Source: Macrostomum lignano (taxonomy: Eukaryota). Taken from it: DNA of 64,000 nt. Where the stretch lies: contig NIVC01000827.1 of NCBI GenBank assembly GCA_002269645.1, positions 1-64,000 of the forward strand, given 5' to 3'. Numbering within the stretch: position 1 is the stretch's first letter; every line of letters begins with the position of its first letter. The notes below the pieces were generated by a model. The model had not been told where the DNA came from. It did not search any database and saw only the letters and a list, made by a program, of their open reading frames with translations. Positions 12,401-38,544 of the stretch are shown one piece after another. A program made the translations under genes and the position numbers.

Positions 12401-12789
12401 TGAGAATCGAGTGTAATTTTTCTATTGACTCAATCTAAGTAGTTGATATGTGTTGCATTTTATGCTCCTGTCTAATGTTTTACTAATAAAATGTTCTGCT
12501 TACTACTGTTTGGGCTTATTAAGTAGTATCTGCAGGTAGTAATGTTTGCAGTTACATATACTGCTATACCCTAGGTAATGTAGCTTCTTATTTCAACTTG
12601 CTGTGGCCACAGCGTGCCCCTGCCAGCATGCCTTCAGTTCGTTGCATTTCTAGACTGCACGCAGTGGCTGCCAATTTCTATCTGGCAGTGAAATATATTT
12701 TGCAAATAATTACATAATATGCCATCTTTTATGCTGTTCTTGCTTTTAGTGCTCAATCTTCTTGTCAGTTACACTCAACTCTTTTCTGT

Positions 12790-13052
12790 TCTTTTCAGAT
12801 CATTCTTGTCAGTCTCAAACCATTCTTGTCAGTCTCACATCACTCTTGCCAGTTCCATATCATTCTTGTCAGTTGCACAGTATTCTTGTCAGTTGCACAT
12901 TGTTTTTGTCAGTTGCACATCATTCATGTCAGTTGTACAATATTCTTGTCAGTTGCACATCATTCATGTCAGTTGTACATCATTCTTGTCAGTTGCACAA
13001 TATTCTTGTCAGTTGCAAAATATTCCTGTCAGTTGCTCATCATTCTTGTCAG
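12790..13052. repeat. degenerate ~20-bp repeat between convergent NUP85 and PDE1 3' ends
   Basis: CATTCTTGTCAGTTGCACAT-type units. Confidence 0.85.
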
Positions 13053-13186
13053 ATCGGAGAAATCTGAATGCTGAATGCGGTGCTGCAAATATTTATTTTG
13101 TTTGTGCGCGAGTGAAAATACAATGCTGACAGTGTTGCGCATCCACTTCGATCAGAGGTCAGTGACTGGGTCAGTAAGTTGGTCAG

Positions 13187-26173
<12,987 letters not shown>

Positions 26174-26788
26174 TCCCAGTAGTTCAGGTCTCACGTTGGG
26201 CAGGTGAGCTCAGGAGCGGCTGCTCAGCGGCTGCTATGGCCTGACGGTTTGAAGACTCCGACCGACCCCCCCCCCCCCGTCTCTCCCCCTCCCCCATCAC
26301 TTTTGCCCGCGCGTCTCGAGCGAACGAGAGAGCTTCGCGCGTCTCTGCTCTCCGGCTCAGGCCTCGGCCTCTGCCCCTCAACCTCCCCCGGATTTCTTTC
26401 CTCACGCTCTGGCCGAGGTAAGAAATGGGGGAGCTGAGGAGCTAGATATGGAGGAGATGGAGGAGGGTGAGGCTGAGGGGTTTAACTGCGTTTCCGGCAG
26501 TTCGGGCCTCTCTGTAGCCTGTGCGGCAGCTGAGGCGCCTGAGATCCGGCAGACAGCTGCCAGAAGGACTTGTGCAGCTTCCTGTTTTTGAGCTCCCCGT
26601 GTTCAATTTGTTTTTGAACGAAAATTGGGACGCTAGGGGTGGGGGCTGGGGTCACGCGACCCTGGGTGCAATGGTCTCTCAACCCAAAGAAGGCTTGGCT
26701 AGCCTACAAAGCATCGGGGTTCGATTCTCGTAAAAAAATTCTAAACTAGCAGTTTATGAGGGCCGCAGCTTCTTTACGATGAGAATTT

Positions 26789-26860
26789 ACGGGGTGTACA
26801 GGGACCCCTGTACACCCCGTGTGAGCGTCTACTTATCTATACCTATAAAAATCATCTAAC
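26789..26860 (+). other. perfect 15-bp hairpin followed by a Helitron-like 5' terminus
   Basis: ACGGGGTGTACAGGG-AC-CCCTGTACACCCCGT (26789-26820), then GTGAGCGTCTACTTA, then TCTATACCTATAAAAATC. Confidence 0.5.
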
Positions 26861-26939
26861 TATATAGGTAAGCTAGGTGAGTAGGTAGTCAGGCAAATAG
26901 GTAAATAGGTTTGTAAGTAGGTAGGTAGTTAATTAGGTA

Positions 26940-28735
26940 GATCCGTATTTAGGTAGGCATGTACCGGTATAAATACGTAGATACGTAGCCAGGTAAGTAG
27001 GTAGGTTTGTAGGTAGATTAGGTAGGTAGGTAGGTAGGTAGGTAGGTAGGTAGCTAGTTAGATAAGTAGGTAGTAAGCTTTGTAAGTAGGTTGGCAGGTA
27101 TGTAGATAGGTTGGCAGGTAGGTAGGGAGGTTGGCAGGTAGGTAGGGAGGTTGGCAGGTAGGTAGGTAGGTTGGCAGGTATGTAGGTAGGTGGGCAGGTA
27201 TGTAGGTAGGTTGGCAGGTAGGTAGGGAGGTTGGCAGGTATGTAGGTAGGTTGGCAGGTATGTAGGTAGGTTGGCAGGTAGGTAGGGAGGTTGGCAGGTA
27301 GGTAGGTAGGTTGGCAGGTAGGTAGGGAGGTTTGCAGGTATGTAGGTAGGTTGGCAGGTGGGTAAGGAGGTTGGCAGGTAGGTAGGGAGGTTGGCAGGTA
27401 GGTAGGGAGGTTGGCAGATAGGTAGGTAGGTTGGCAGGTAGGTAGGTAGGTTGGCAGGTAGGTAGGGAGGTTGGCAGGTATGTAGGTAGGTTGGCAGGTA
27501 TGTAGGTAGGTTGGCAGGTAGGTAGGGAGGTTGGCAGATATGTAGGTAGGTTGGCAGGTAGGTAGGGAGGTTGGCAGGTATGTAGGGAGGTTGGCAGGTA
27601 GGTAGGGAGGTTGGCAGGTACATGTAGGTAGGTAGGTTGGCAGGTATGTAGGTAGGTTGGCAGGTATGTAGGTAGGTTGGCAGGTAGGTAGGTAGGTTGG
27701 CAGGTAGGTAGGGAGGTTAGCAGGTATGTAGGGAGGTTGGCAGGTATGTAGGTAGGTTGGCAGGTATGTAGGTAGGTTGGCAGGTAGGTAGGGAGGTTGG
27801 CAGATAGGTAGGTAGGTTGGCAGGTAGGTAGGGAGGTTGGCAGGTATGTAGGGAGGTTGGCAGGTAGGTAGGGAGGTTGGCAGGTACATGTAGGTAGGTA
27901 GGTTGGCAGGTATGTAGGTAGGTTGGCAGGTATGTAGGTAGGTTGGCAGGTACGTAGGTAGGTTGGCAGGTATGTAGGTAGGTTGGTAGGTATGTAGGTA
28001 GGTTGGCAGGTAGGTAGGGAGGTTGGCAGGTAGGTAGGGAGGTTGGCAGGTATGTAGGTAGGTTGGCAGGTAGGTAGGGAGGTTAGCAGGTATGTAGGGA
28101 GGTTGGCAGGTATGTAGGTAGGTTGGCAGGTAGGTAGGTAGGTTGGCAGGTATGTAGGTAGGTTGGCAGGTACATGTAGGTAGGTAGGTTGGCAGGTATG
28201 TAGGTAGGTTGGCAGGTACGTAGGTAGGTTGGCAGGTATGTAGGTAGGTTGGTAGGTAGGTAGGGAGGTTGGCAGATAGGTAGGTAGGTTGGCAGGTAGG
28301 TAGGGAGGTTGGCAGGTAGGTAGGTAGGTTGGCAGGTAAGTAGGGAGGTTGGCAGGTATGTAGGTAGGTTGGCAGGTACATGTAGGTAGGTAGGTTGGCA
28401 GGTATGTAGGTAGGTTGGCAGGTATGTAGGTAGGTTGGCAGGTACGTAGGTAGGTTGGCAGGTATGTAGGTAGGTTGGTAGGTAGGTAGGGAGGTTGGCA
28501 GGTATGTAGGTAGGTTGGCAGGTACATGTAGGTAGGTAGGTTGGCAGGTATGTAGGTAGGTTGGCAGGTAGGTAGGTAGGTTGGCAGGTATGTAGGGAGG
28601 TTGGCAGGTAGGTAGGGAGGTTGGCAGGTATGTAGGTAGGTTGGTAGGTAGGTAGATAAGTAGGTAGCTAGTTAGGTGATTATGAGTAGGTAGGTAGGTA
28701 GGTTGGTAGGTAGCTAGGTAGGTAGCTAGGTATCT
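26940..28735. repeat. compound (GGTA/GGCA) satellite, ~20-bp unit
   Basis: GGTTGGCAGGTA(T/G)GTAGG(T/G)A units over ~1.8 kb. Confidence 0.93.
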
Positions 28736-28750
28736 GGGCAGTTAGTCATA

Positions 28751-28864
28751 TAGGCACTGTAGGCACTGTAGGCACTGTAGGCACTGTAGGCACTGTAGGC
28801 ACTGTAGGCACTGTAGGCACTGTAGGCACTGTAGGCACTGTAGGCACTGTAGGCACTGTAGGCA
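28751..28864. repeat. 9-bp tandem repeat
   Basis: TAGGCACTG x12. Confidence 0.95.
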
Positions 28865-30457
28865 GGTGCTGTAGCTGGGTGCATCGGTGCCCAGCACGGG
28901 ATTTTCCACCGCCGTCCCGGCTAAACAAAATGATACACACGAAGAGAAAACTGCGGTCGGTTGAGAAGCAAATTCTCTCATTTATTCAACTATTTCAAAA
29001 TAGCTAAAATGACAGAGATTCCAATAGATTTATTTGATTAGTTTCAAAGGCCACAAAGAAGTTGTTGGGGTAAGACAAAAAATAAATCAGGATATTATCA
29101 ACTTTTTCAGAGCAGAGAGAATTTGGGGAGAGGTTGTCATGACAGCTCGCACAGCCGAGGACAACTGAGAACTGTCTAGAGATTTTTCAGAATCTTTAAG
29201 ATTTGAAATGTATGATTAATAAGTTATTTGTTCTCTACTAGAAGTTATAAAAATTGTGCGATATTAAAACTGTTGCACAAGCAAGTGAAGATTGCTGAGG
29301 ATAGAATTAGTACATGTAATTCGTAATTAAAACAAATATAAGAATTTAGGAAAATATGAGTGGGTCTCGGGTAAACCAATGAGAAGGACTCAGTCATCTG
29401 TACGGTCAGGAGATTGAACAGGAAATGTGTGGGCGAGTTGAACAGGAACCTTGGATTAAAGCTATTACATCAATTTTCAAACTTGGATGCCAAGATTTTG
29501 GCCATAGACAATTTCACACCAAATCAACTCATCATATGGGGGGCAGATTTAAAGTTCGGAAATCGGCCCTGTTTCTCAGAAACACTGCTGACGGTAGAAG
29601 AACAGTAAAATTTTCTTGTTTCCTCCTCAACTTATCTTTCCTTAGAAAACTATTTCTGTAAAAATCTATCTAATCGAGCCCCTGCAACTTAATTCAACAG
29701 TTCAACAAAAGCGGTTTGGGTTGCGGCAAAAAGCGTGGGTGGAACTGAAGTTTGTGAAAGCAACTCAACTAAGGCAGGGTGTGCGATAAATTTTGTTCGG
29801 CCGGCCAGTGCATTGGCGATAACAAGACGCATCCTCAACCACCTACTGACTCCAGCTAAGTAGAATGGTGCACATTTCCATAGCCATAATCATATTTCCT
29901 GCTTATTTTTAAAAGTACAAAAACGACTACAGAAGACTGATCAATTAAGCTGAAACTTTCTGCATGGAGATATTTGGCGTTAAAATTCGCTACTCGCCTA
30001 CTCAAAACCTTCAGTCCAACAGTAGACTAGATAGAACACGCTCCAGAACTTCTTCCAATAGCAGTTTTTCTCTCAAATAAGCTTCATTGAGCATTCTGGT
30101 GATATTCTGTAGCTTGGCCCGAGGGAATTTCGATTTGATTTATTACCATATTGGAGGCAAAAATGCGTTAAGAACGTAGTACGATGGGAAATCGATTAAG
30201 CTGTTTATTCATGAAATTCTAACCAGAGACAAAGTTCCAGCTGTTCCTGCCTTTTTAATGCCTTTCATTAGCGCGGATTCGTCAATGGCAACATATCGCG
30301 AAATCTGTTGCGAAAGAAACTGAAAAAATTCCCAAATTTTTCTCCAGCTGAAAGTGCAGCGCATCCTGATTCAGCTGTCCAAGGTTTCAAAGCTGTCAGC
30401 GGCCAACCAAATCCCCAACCAGCGCCCTCCCAATCCGCGAGACATGCCGAAGGTGTC

Positions 30458-31680
30458 TCACAGACCGCCGGCAGTGGCCGCCCTGGCGTGGGCCTCGCAG
30501 AAGACGCGGTCCTCTACGCAGTAATAGCCGCAGTGGCGCAGGCCAACGCCGCAGGCGGCGCACTTCAAGCACTCCGGGTGCATCGGCAGCCGGCCCTGGA
30601 CGTTGACGAAGACGCCGCGGACGAGTTCGCCGCACGCGGCGCAAATCAAACCGCCGCCGCCGCCGGGCGCTGGCCGGGGCACGCCGGGCTCCGGCGGGCG
30701 GACCTGCCGATAGCCGTGGCTTGAAGCCACGTTGGTCGAGTCTTGCAGGTGCGGGCTGTGCGGCTGCTGCTGGTGGAAGCTGTTGCTGGTGCCACCGCCG
30801 CCGCCGCCTCGGTGATGACGCTGTGCAGCAGCCGGGCCGTAGGCGTATCCGTGCGGAGTGAACGGCCTCGGGCTGCTGTTGTAGTTGTTGTCGTAGTGAC
30901 GGACGTTCGTGTCCGTTTTGTTCGCCGCCAATGACGTGTTCGTCACCTGCTCGAATTGATGTGGAGGAAATGTACTTTTAATTCGTCCGAGTTTATCAAT
31001 CAAAGCAACAGGGCCGACCCGCTGAACCTTGAGCGAGCGCTCGAGCTCACACCTTGACTACGTGGCAGGCCGCCCTTGGGGTTGCTACTCATAATTATCA
31101 TGAGCAGTTGCACTAACTGCTACCCAAGTGCCATTTCTATTCAGCTCTCACTGACCTTGGGCAGGTCGGCGAACATGCTGCCGCTGCCGGCGGGAAATCT
31201 TCCCACACCGCTGGGTCTAGCGGCTGGGGCATGGTGCTGCTGCTGCTGCTGCCGCTGCTGCTGGTGCTGCTGGTAGAGCTGCGTCACCGACTGCACAGAC
31301 GGCCTCCAGACGTTCACCCCACCGCCGCCTCCGCCACCACCGCCGCCTCCGCTGCCTTCATAGTCTTCGTAGATAGCTACGCCGCCTCCCCCGCCTCCCC
31401 CGACTCCACCGCCTCCGCTGCCGCGGTGCACAGTGAGGGCCACCTCGTTGCCTGACCGAATGATGGCCATCTTGGCGGCCTCGTGCTGCAGGTAGTCCGT
31501 TGGCTGGCCGTTGATGCCAACGACGAAGTCGCCGCGTACGAGGCCGCAACGGTCGGCCACGGTGCCCGGAGCGACGCTCTCGACACTCAGCGGCAGCTGG
31601 TAGTCGATGCCGCCCTGCAGACGGAAGCCCCACGAGTAGGACGGGTCCGGGCGGCGCAGGCTCACGTGATGCACCGCCAT
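30458..31680 (-). CDS. PDZ and single-LIM domain protein (ALP/Enigma family-like); exons 31680-31156, 30946-30458
   Basis: N-terminal PDZ (SWGFRLQGG...GINGQPTDYLQHEAAKMAI) and C-terminal LIM (CAACGELVRG...MHPECLKCAAC...FCEAH); phase-0 GT-AG intron 31155-30947. Confidence 0.92.
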
Positions 31681-32496
31681 GGTCAGTCAGTGCCGCCTTT
31701 GCTGTCGCTCGTTTGCGAAATCCGCCTTCCGAATAAAGAGAGGCCCGGCCGGGGGCAGGAAAGACTCAAATAGAAAACAGGCAAATAGCCGGGGCCAAAA
31801 AATCGCGAAAAAGGTGCCCGGGACGTCTGTTGCTCCGCCGCCGCCTCCTGGGGAGAAAGTGCCGGCTGCTGCAGTTGTATTCGACAGGGACTTGCCGTTC
31901 AAGGACGGTGGGAGGAAGAGCGGGCGAAAGGCAGAATTCTGGTGGGCCAGGGGGTGAAATGTCAGAGCGATCCTTCGCATTTAGCCATGCAGTCGCTCAC
32001 CCTTTCTCTTTGCCTTCCTTTCGAATACTGCAGCTTAGTTCAGGCCTCGATCGCCCGAACCCCAGGCAGCGCGGCCCGCCGGAATTGCAGCTCGTCCACT
32101 GCGCGTCCAAACTTCGCTCCTGACTGCACAATCGAATCCCGGTCGGAGTGGCAAGAGGTGCAAGAAAATGGGCAAACGTCGGAGCCGGCGCGCGCACGCA
32201 ATGCAGGGGCTGAAAGGTCTGCTGCTGCAGCTGCATCAGGAGGCCAAAGCAAGTCCGGGAAGGCTGCTGGCTGACGACTGAAAGTTCTTTCGCAAGACAG
32301 GAAGCCAAAAAGTAAGAATTGAAGACAAACCGCTTGCGGGACATGCAGAGCGAGAGGTTTTAAGAAATGGGGCTGCATAGTCAAGAGGGTAGTAGACAAC
32401 TGTAGGCGTATCGCATTCACCAACGCCAATAAAACAGTTGCAAATATTTCTACTTACAGATTGCATTTCTGGTGACGAAAGGTTTTCCAAATTTTC

Positions 32497-33128
32497 TTAG
32501 TCAGTCAAAAAGACCATCATCTCGAACTCTTTCAGGGAGTTGTGAACGCCAAAAAAATGAATCTACATGATGCCCTAAGCGTACGGACCTCCGATGGCCT
32601 CAGAGAAGTTCTTGTACTGTCCGTTCGGATGGGCGAGAAAGCAGGCGGCGAACCACCAGGCTCCAGAATATTCCTGAGCGCAAATGCTACCGGAAATGTC
32701 GTTGTCAGCGTCCTTGGTGCTGAACTGCATGCCGTTGCCGTCCGAGAAGCTGTCGCCCACTTTGGCACTGCCGGTCGAGAAGCCGGACACGTTCAGCCGG
32801 TACTAGCCGGACTCAGGACCGACTGAGAAGCTGGAGTACTCAGTCCAGGTCTCCAAATTGTCCCAATCAGTGATCAAAAACCTCACTTTTCGGCTTTTAG
32901 ACCTCGTGAGCTCGTGAAGCGAGTTCAGACCTGTAAATCGGGCACAGCTCGTAGCAGACTCAACCGAAAAGGAAGCGAATGAGGCAGATCTTGGATTCAC
33001 CACTCACCGATCCAGTAGTTTCCGTCGGGTCCCTCGCCGAACTCGCTCTGGTACTGAGTCCAGTTGCGGTAAAAGTCCACTGAGCCGGACACCCTGTGCT
33101 GCACGGTGGTCCAGCAGTCACTGCCGGC
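32497..33128 (-). pseudogene. 5'-truncated inverted copy of the fibrinogen-domain gene at 42535-43536 (exon 2, intron, exon 3)
   Basis: Near-identical to 42914-43533, including an identical 77-bp intron. In-frame TAG at 32803-32805, 32575-32577 and 32563-32565. Exon 1 absent; homology stops at a (GTTA)n tract. Confidence 0.9.
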
Positions 33129-33129
33129 A

Positions 33130-33496
<367 letters not shown>

Positions 33497-34659
33497 CTAG
33501 CAATCTACGCCCCCCGTTGGGGAGCCAAAGAAATGCAATACACGTTTTTTAATAAGCTACATGTATCCTTGCAATCTTAAAAAATCTCCTGTCAAAGCTT
33601 GTAAGCCTTGACATGTCAGTAATTCCCCCCCACAAGCATTAACATATCAACTCCCCCCCCCTTGCCATCTCAGCAATGCCCCCAATAAGCCTTGGAAATC
33701 TAAAAATATCTGTCAACCTTCTAACCCTAACCCTAGCCTAACCCTAACCCTAGCCTAACCCTAAAGCATTGACATTTCAGTAATTCTCTCTAAGAGTCAT
33801 TATAGCACTGCTACAGCATTATAGCGATTCCCTGCAAGCCTCGACATCGTAGGGATTCCCAAATGAATCTCTTAACTTCGACATGAAGCTTCTTTTATTT
33901 TTTACATTACGCTTTTTTTATCAGCGATCCCTCCCCTGAGGAGGCATCAAATAATGTAATAAAAAGTTTTCAATAAACTACATGTAGCTTCTGACTTTAG
34001 CCTTGAAATCTCATTTATACCCCCGTGAGCCTTGACATCTCAGCTATTCCCCCCGTAAGCCTTGACATGTCAGCGATGGCCTCCATAAACCTTGAAATCT
34101 AAAAAACCCCCCGTTAACCTTGAAACCCGATAAAAATATAACCCTCAACCCACACCTGAACTAAACCTAACTTTAACCCAACCTAAAGCCTTGAATCTCA
34201 GCAATTCTTCTCCCCTAAGCCTTGACATTTTAGTGATTCCTTCTTTAGGAATCACAGCACTATAACGATTTCCACCTAGCTTTGACATCGTAGCAATTCC
34301 CAAATGAATATTTTAACTTCGACATGACTTTTCTTTTATGTATACATAGTGCTACTTTTATTTTTTACATGACTCTTCTTCTATCAGCGCCCCCCGTGGC
34401 GAGCCAACAAAGAATGTAATAAAAAAATTGAGTAAAGTACATGAACTTTGAAGTAGCTTCTGAGTTTTGCTTTGACATCTCAGAAACCCCCCCCCCCCGT
34501 AATCTCAGTTATTCTCTGTGAGCCTTGACGTCTCAGTTTTTCTCCCTAGCACAGCGTTATAGCTGCATTTAATTTTTACATGACACCCTTCATGTCTGAC
34601 ATGACGCTTCTTTTATTCTACCATGATGCTTCTTAATTTTTTAAGTGACACTTTCGTTA

Positions 34660-36400
34660 GTTTTTAAATAAGGCTTCTATGATTTTTTACATGACGCTTC
34701 TATGATTTTTATATGACGCTTCTATGATTGTTTACATGACGCTTCTATGATTGTTTACATGACGCTTCTATGATTGTTTATATGACGCTTCTATGATTTT
34801 TTACATGACGCTTCTATGATTGTTTACATGACGCTTCTATGATTGTTTACATGACGCTTCTATGATTGTTTACATGACGCTTCTATGATTGTTTACATGA
34901 CGCTTCTATGATTTTTTATATGACGCTTCGATGATTGTTTACATGACGCTTCTATGATTGTTTACATGACGCTTCTATGATTGTTTACATGACGCTTCTA
35001 TGATTGTTTATATGACGCTTCTATGATTTTTTACATGACGCTTCTATGATTGTTTACATGACGCTTCTATGATTGTTTACATGACGCTTCTATGATTTTT
35101 TAAATGACGCTTCAATGATTGTTGACATGACGCTTCTATGATTGTTTATATGACGCTTCTATGATTTTTTACATAACGCTTCTATGATTGTTTACATGAC
35201 GCTTCTATGATTTTTTAAATGACGCTTCTATGATTGTTTACATGACGCTTCGATGATTGTTTACATGACGCTTCTATGATTGTTTACATGACGCTTCTAT
35301 GATTGTTTACATGACGCTTCTATGATTTTTTACATGACGCTTCTATGATTGTTTACATGACGCTTCTATGATTGTTTACATGACGCTTCTATGATTTTTT
35401 AAATGACGCTTCAATGATTGTTGACATGACGCTTCTATGATTGTTTATATGACGCTTCTATGATTTTTTACATAACGCTTCTATGATTGTTTACATGACG
35501 CTTCTATGATTTTTTACATGACGCTTCTATGATTGTTTACATGACGCTTCGATGATTGTTTACATGACGCTTCTATGATTGTTTACATGACGCTTCTATG
35601 ATTTTTTACATAACGCTTCTATGATTGTTTACATGACGCTTCTATGATTTTTTAAATGACGCTTCTATGATTGTTTACATGACGCTTCGATGATTGTTTA
35701 CATGACGCTTCTATGATTGTTTACATGACGCTTCTATGATTGTTTACATGACGCTTCTATGATTTTTTACATGACGCTTCTATGATTGTTTACATGACGC
35801 TTCTATGATTGTTTACATGACGCTTCTATGATTTTTTAAATGACGCTTCAATGATTGTTGACATGACGCTTCTATGATTGTTTATATGACGCTTCTATGA
35901 TTTTTTACATAACGCTTCTATGATTGTTTACATGACGCTTCTATGATTTTTTACATGACGCTTCTATGATTGTTTACATGACGCTTCTATGATTGTTTAC
36001 ATGACGCTTCTATGATTTTTTAAATGACGCTTCAATGATTGTTGACATGACGCTTCTATGATTGTTTATATGACGCTTCTATGATTTTTTACATAACGCT
36101 TCTATGATTGTTTACATGACGCTTCTATGATTTTTTACATGACGCTTCTATGATTGTTTACATGACGCTTCGATGATTGTTTACATGACGCTTCTATGAT
36201 TGTTTACATGACGCTTCTATGATTGTTTACATGACGCTTCTATGATTTTTTACATGACGCTTCTATGATTTTTTACATGACGCTTCTATGATTTTTTACA
36301 TGACGCTTCTATGATTGTTTACATGACGCTTCTATGATTGTTTACATGACGCTTCTATGATTGTTTACATGACGATTCTATGATTTTTTACATGACGCCT
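34660..36400. repeat. 23-bp minisatellite inside element A
   Basis: ACATGACGCTTCTATGATTGTTT x~75, with recurring blocks of variant units. Confidence 0.95.
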
Positions 36401-36444
36401 TTAGTCCTTTATATATTTTTAATAAAAGCTTTTAATAAAAAAAT

Positions 36445-36512
36445 TTTCACTACTATCATTCGAACCCAGGTCGCTGCATCAGCAGTCCAGTCTGTTCACA
36501 TCTAGGCTAGAT
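36445..36512 (-). other. tRNA-derived Pol III promoter-like segment inside element A
   Basis: On -: CTAGCCTAGATGTG (A-box-like) ... GGGTTCGAAT (B-box); no cloverleaf. Confidence 0.45.
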
Positions 36513-38544
36513 CTTATCGAATTTATAAATGAAATTGTAGCACTTATATAATTCAACACTCACTCACGAAGCAGTTATGACATAATCAATTTCCCAGGCA
36601 AGTCAGTATAAGTCTCAATTAAAGTTGAGAATATGGTTACGCAATCTAAATCAAGTCTGGTGCTACGCTTCCACACTGCATTTTCAATACTGTGACGCAA
36701 TTCAAGTTGGAGTTACAATTCAGTTATGATGCAATCTATTTCAGAATCAGAATTCAACCAGTCAGTTTTTTCTCTAGCATTCTTACAATGCATTTCAAGT
36801 CGAAAAGTTTGCTTGACCTTTGCAAAAAAGCATGTTTTTCGAATATTTAATGCCTTTAGCATTTAGCAATTTCTTAGCCACGATGCATGTACCGTCCCGG
36901 GAAAATTTCTGATCGAACAGTGCAAGTCTCATGAAAATCGGTTAAGCCGTTTTTTCTCTAATCTATCACATATATATATATGTAAACATCACATTTTTAG
37001 TATATAGGCTAGCCATTAGCCCCCCCGCTGGGGGGCCTTAGAAATGACACCAAGTGGTTTTTATTTTGGTCCAATGGTAACCATAATTACCATTTCCATT
37101 AATCAAAAATTACTTTTTCTCACTTTTGCAAAAACAAACTCAGCACCACTCACCTTAACAACACTTTTCCAAGATTAGCAACGCTCCTCAGATTAGCACT
37201 ACTTCCCCCCAGCTTAGCACCGCTCCTCAGATTAGCACTACTTCCCCCCAGCTTAGCACCGCTCCTCAGATTAGCACTACTTCCCCCCAGCTTAGCACCG
37301 CTCCTCAGATTAGCACTACTTCCCCCCAGCTTAGCACCGCTCCTCAGATTAGCACTACTCCCGCCCAGATTAGCACCCCTACCCCTAAATTAGCACTCCA
37401 CTCAGATTAGCAACACTTTGCCAAGACTTTGTCAGTAATGGTCACTGAAAATTAGCGCATACAATAGACTTGCACTGCTGTAGAAGATTAATGCAGTCCC
37501 AGAATAAATAAATGAACATTTCGAAAAATCTGCGTCAATCTGCATTGGAGGTGACATCAATGTTGTCACAAGTTATGGGGATAAATTTTCTACTTCAATG
37601 CAGACTCGAATTGCCCACCATCTGCTTTGCCTCTACAACGCGGCTATTTTCGAAGAGAAGCCTTTACTGCTCCCTTGAGAATTCTCATTCATCCCCCCAG
37701 CATTCTGCAGTTCTCCAAGCAAATATTTGAATTTTTTAAGGTAAAATCCTTGAAGAATTTTGCAAGTTTAGAAACAACGCGATCAAATTTGGTTGAGGCA
37801 TTCAGTATTAAATGCGTCATTCACAAACAGACAAACAAAGGTAGGACTTTTAGTATATTAGAAAATTATATATTAGCACTATTTCCCCAGATTAGCACCA
37901 CTCCCCGGATTAGCACCATTCCCCCCAAAAGTAGCACCACTTCCTTAGATTAGCACTACTTCCCCCAGATTAGCACTACTTCCTCCAGATTAGCACTTCT
38001 TCCCACAGAACTTACATCACTGAAAGTTCTGTGCTTCTTCCCCAGATTAGCACCACTCCCCCAGATTAGCACTATTAGCACCTCTCCCCCAGATTAGCAC
38101 TATTAGCACCACTCCCCAAAAATTACCACCACTTCCCCGGATTAGCACCGCTCCCCAGATTAGTACCACTCCCCCAGATCAGCACCACCCCCAGATTAGC
38201 ACCACTCCCCAAAAATTAGCAGAACTTCCCAAAAATTAGCACAGTTTTATACAAAATTAGCACCGCTCCCCCAGATTAGCACCGCTCCTCAGATTAGCAT
38301 TACTGAGCCCCCAGACTCCCCCCCCCCAGATTAGCACCACTACCCCTAATAATTAGCACTCCGCCCAGATTAGCAAAAATTTGCCAAGATTAGCACTACT
38401 CCTCCAGATTAGCAACACTTTGCCAAGATTAGCACTACTCCTCCAGATTAGCACCACTCTTCCAGATTAGTAATGCTCTCTGCAAATTAGCACATACAAT
38501 AGATTGGCACTGATCTAAAAGATTAATGCAGTCCCAGAATAATA

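Larger units (their letters stand above)
33497..37008 (-). mobile_element. non-autonomous Helitron-like element A
   Basis: On the - strand: 5' end CTATATACTAAAA (~37007-36995); 3' GC hairpin then CTAG|T at 33500-33496. Interior has GCCTTGACATCTCAG subrepeats also seen inverted at 53370-53540, a 23-bp minisatellite and a tRNA-like segment. Confidence 0.65.

Noticed and set aside
33721-33763. Telomere or chromosome-fusion site from CCCTAA repeats
   Set aside because: Only ~7 imperfect units, embedded inside a repeat element.
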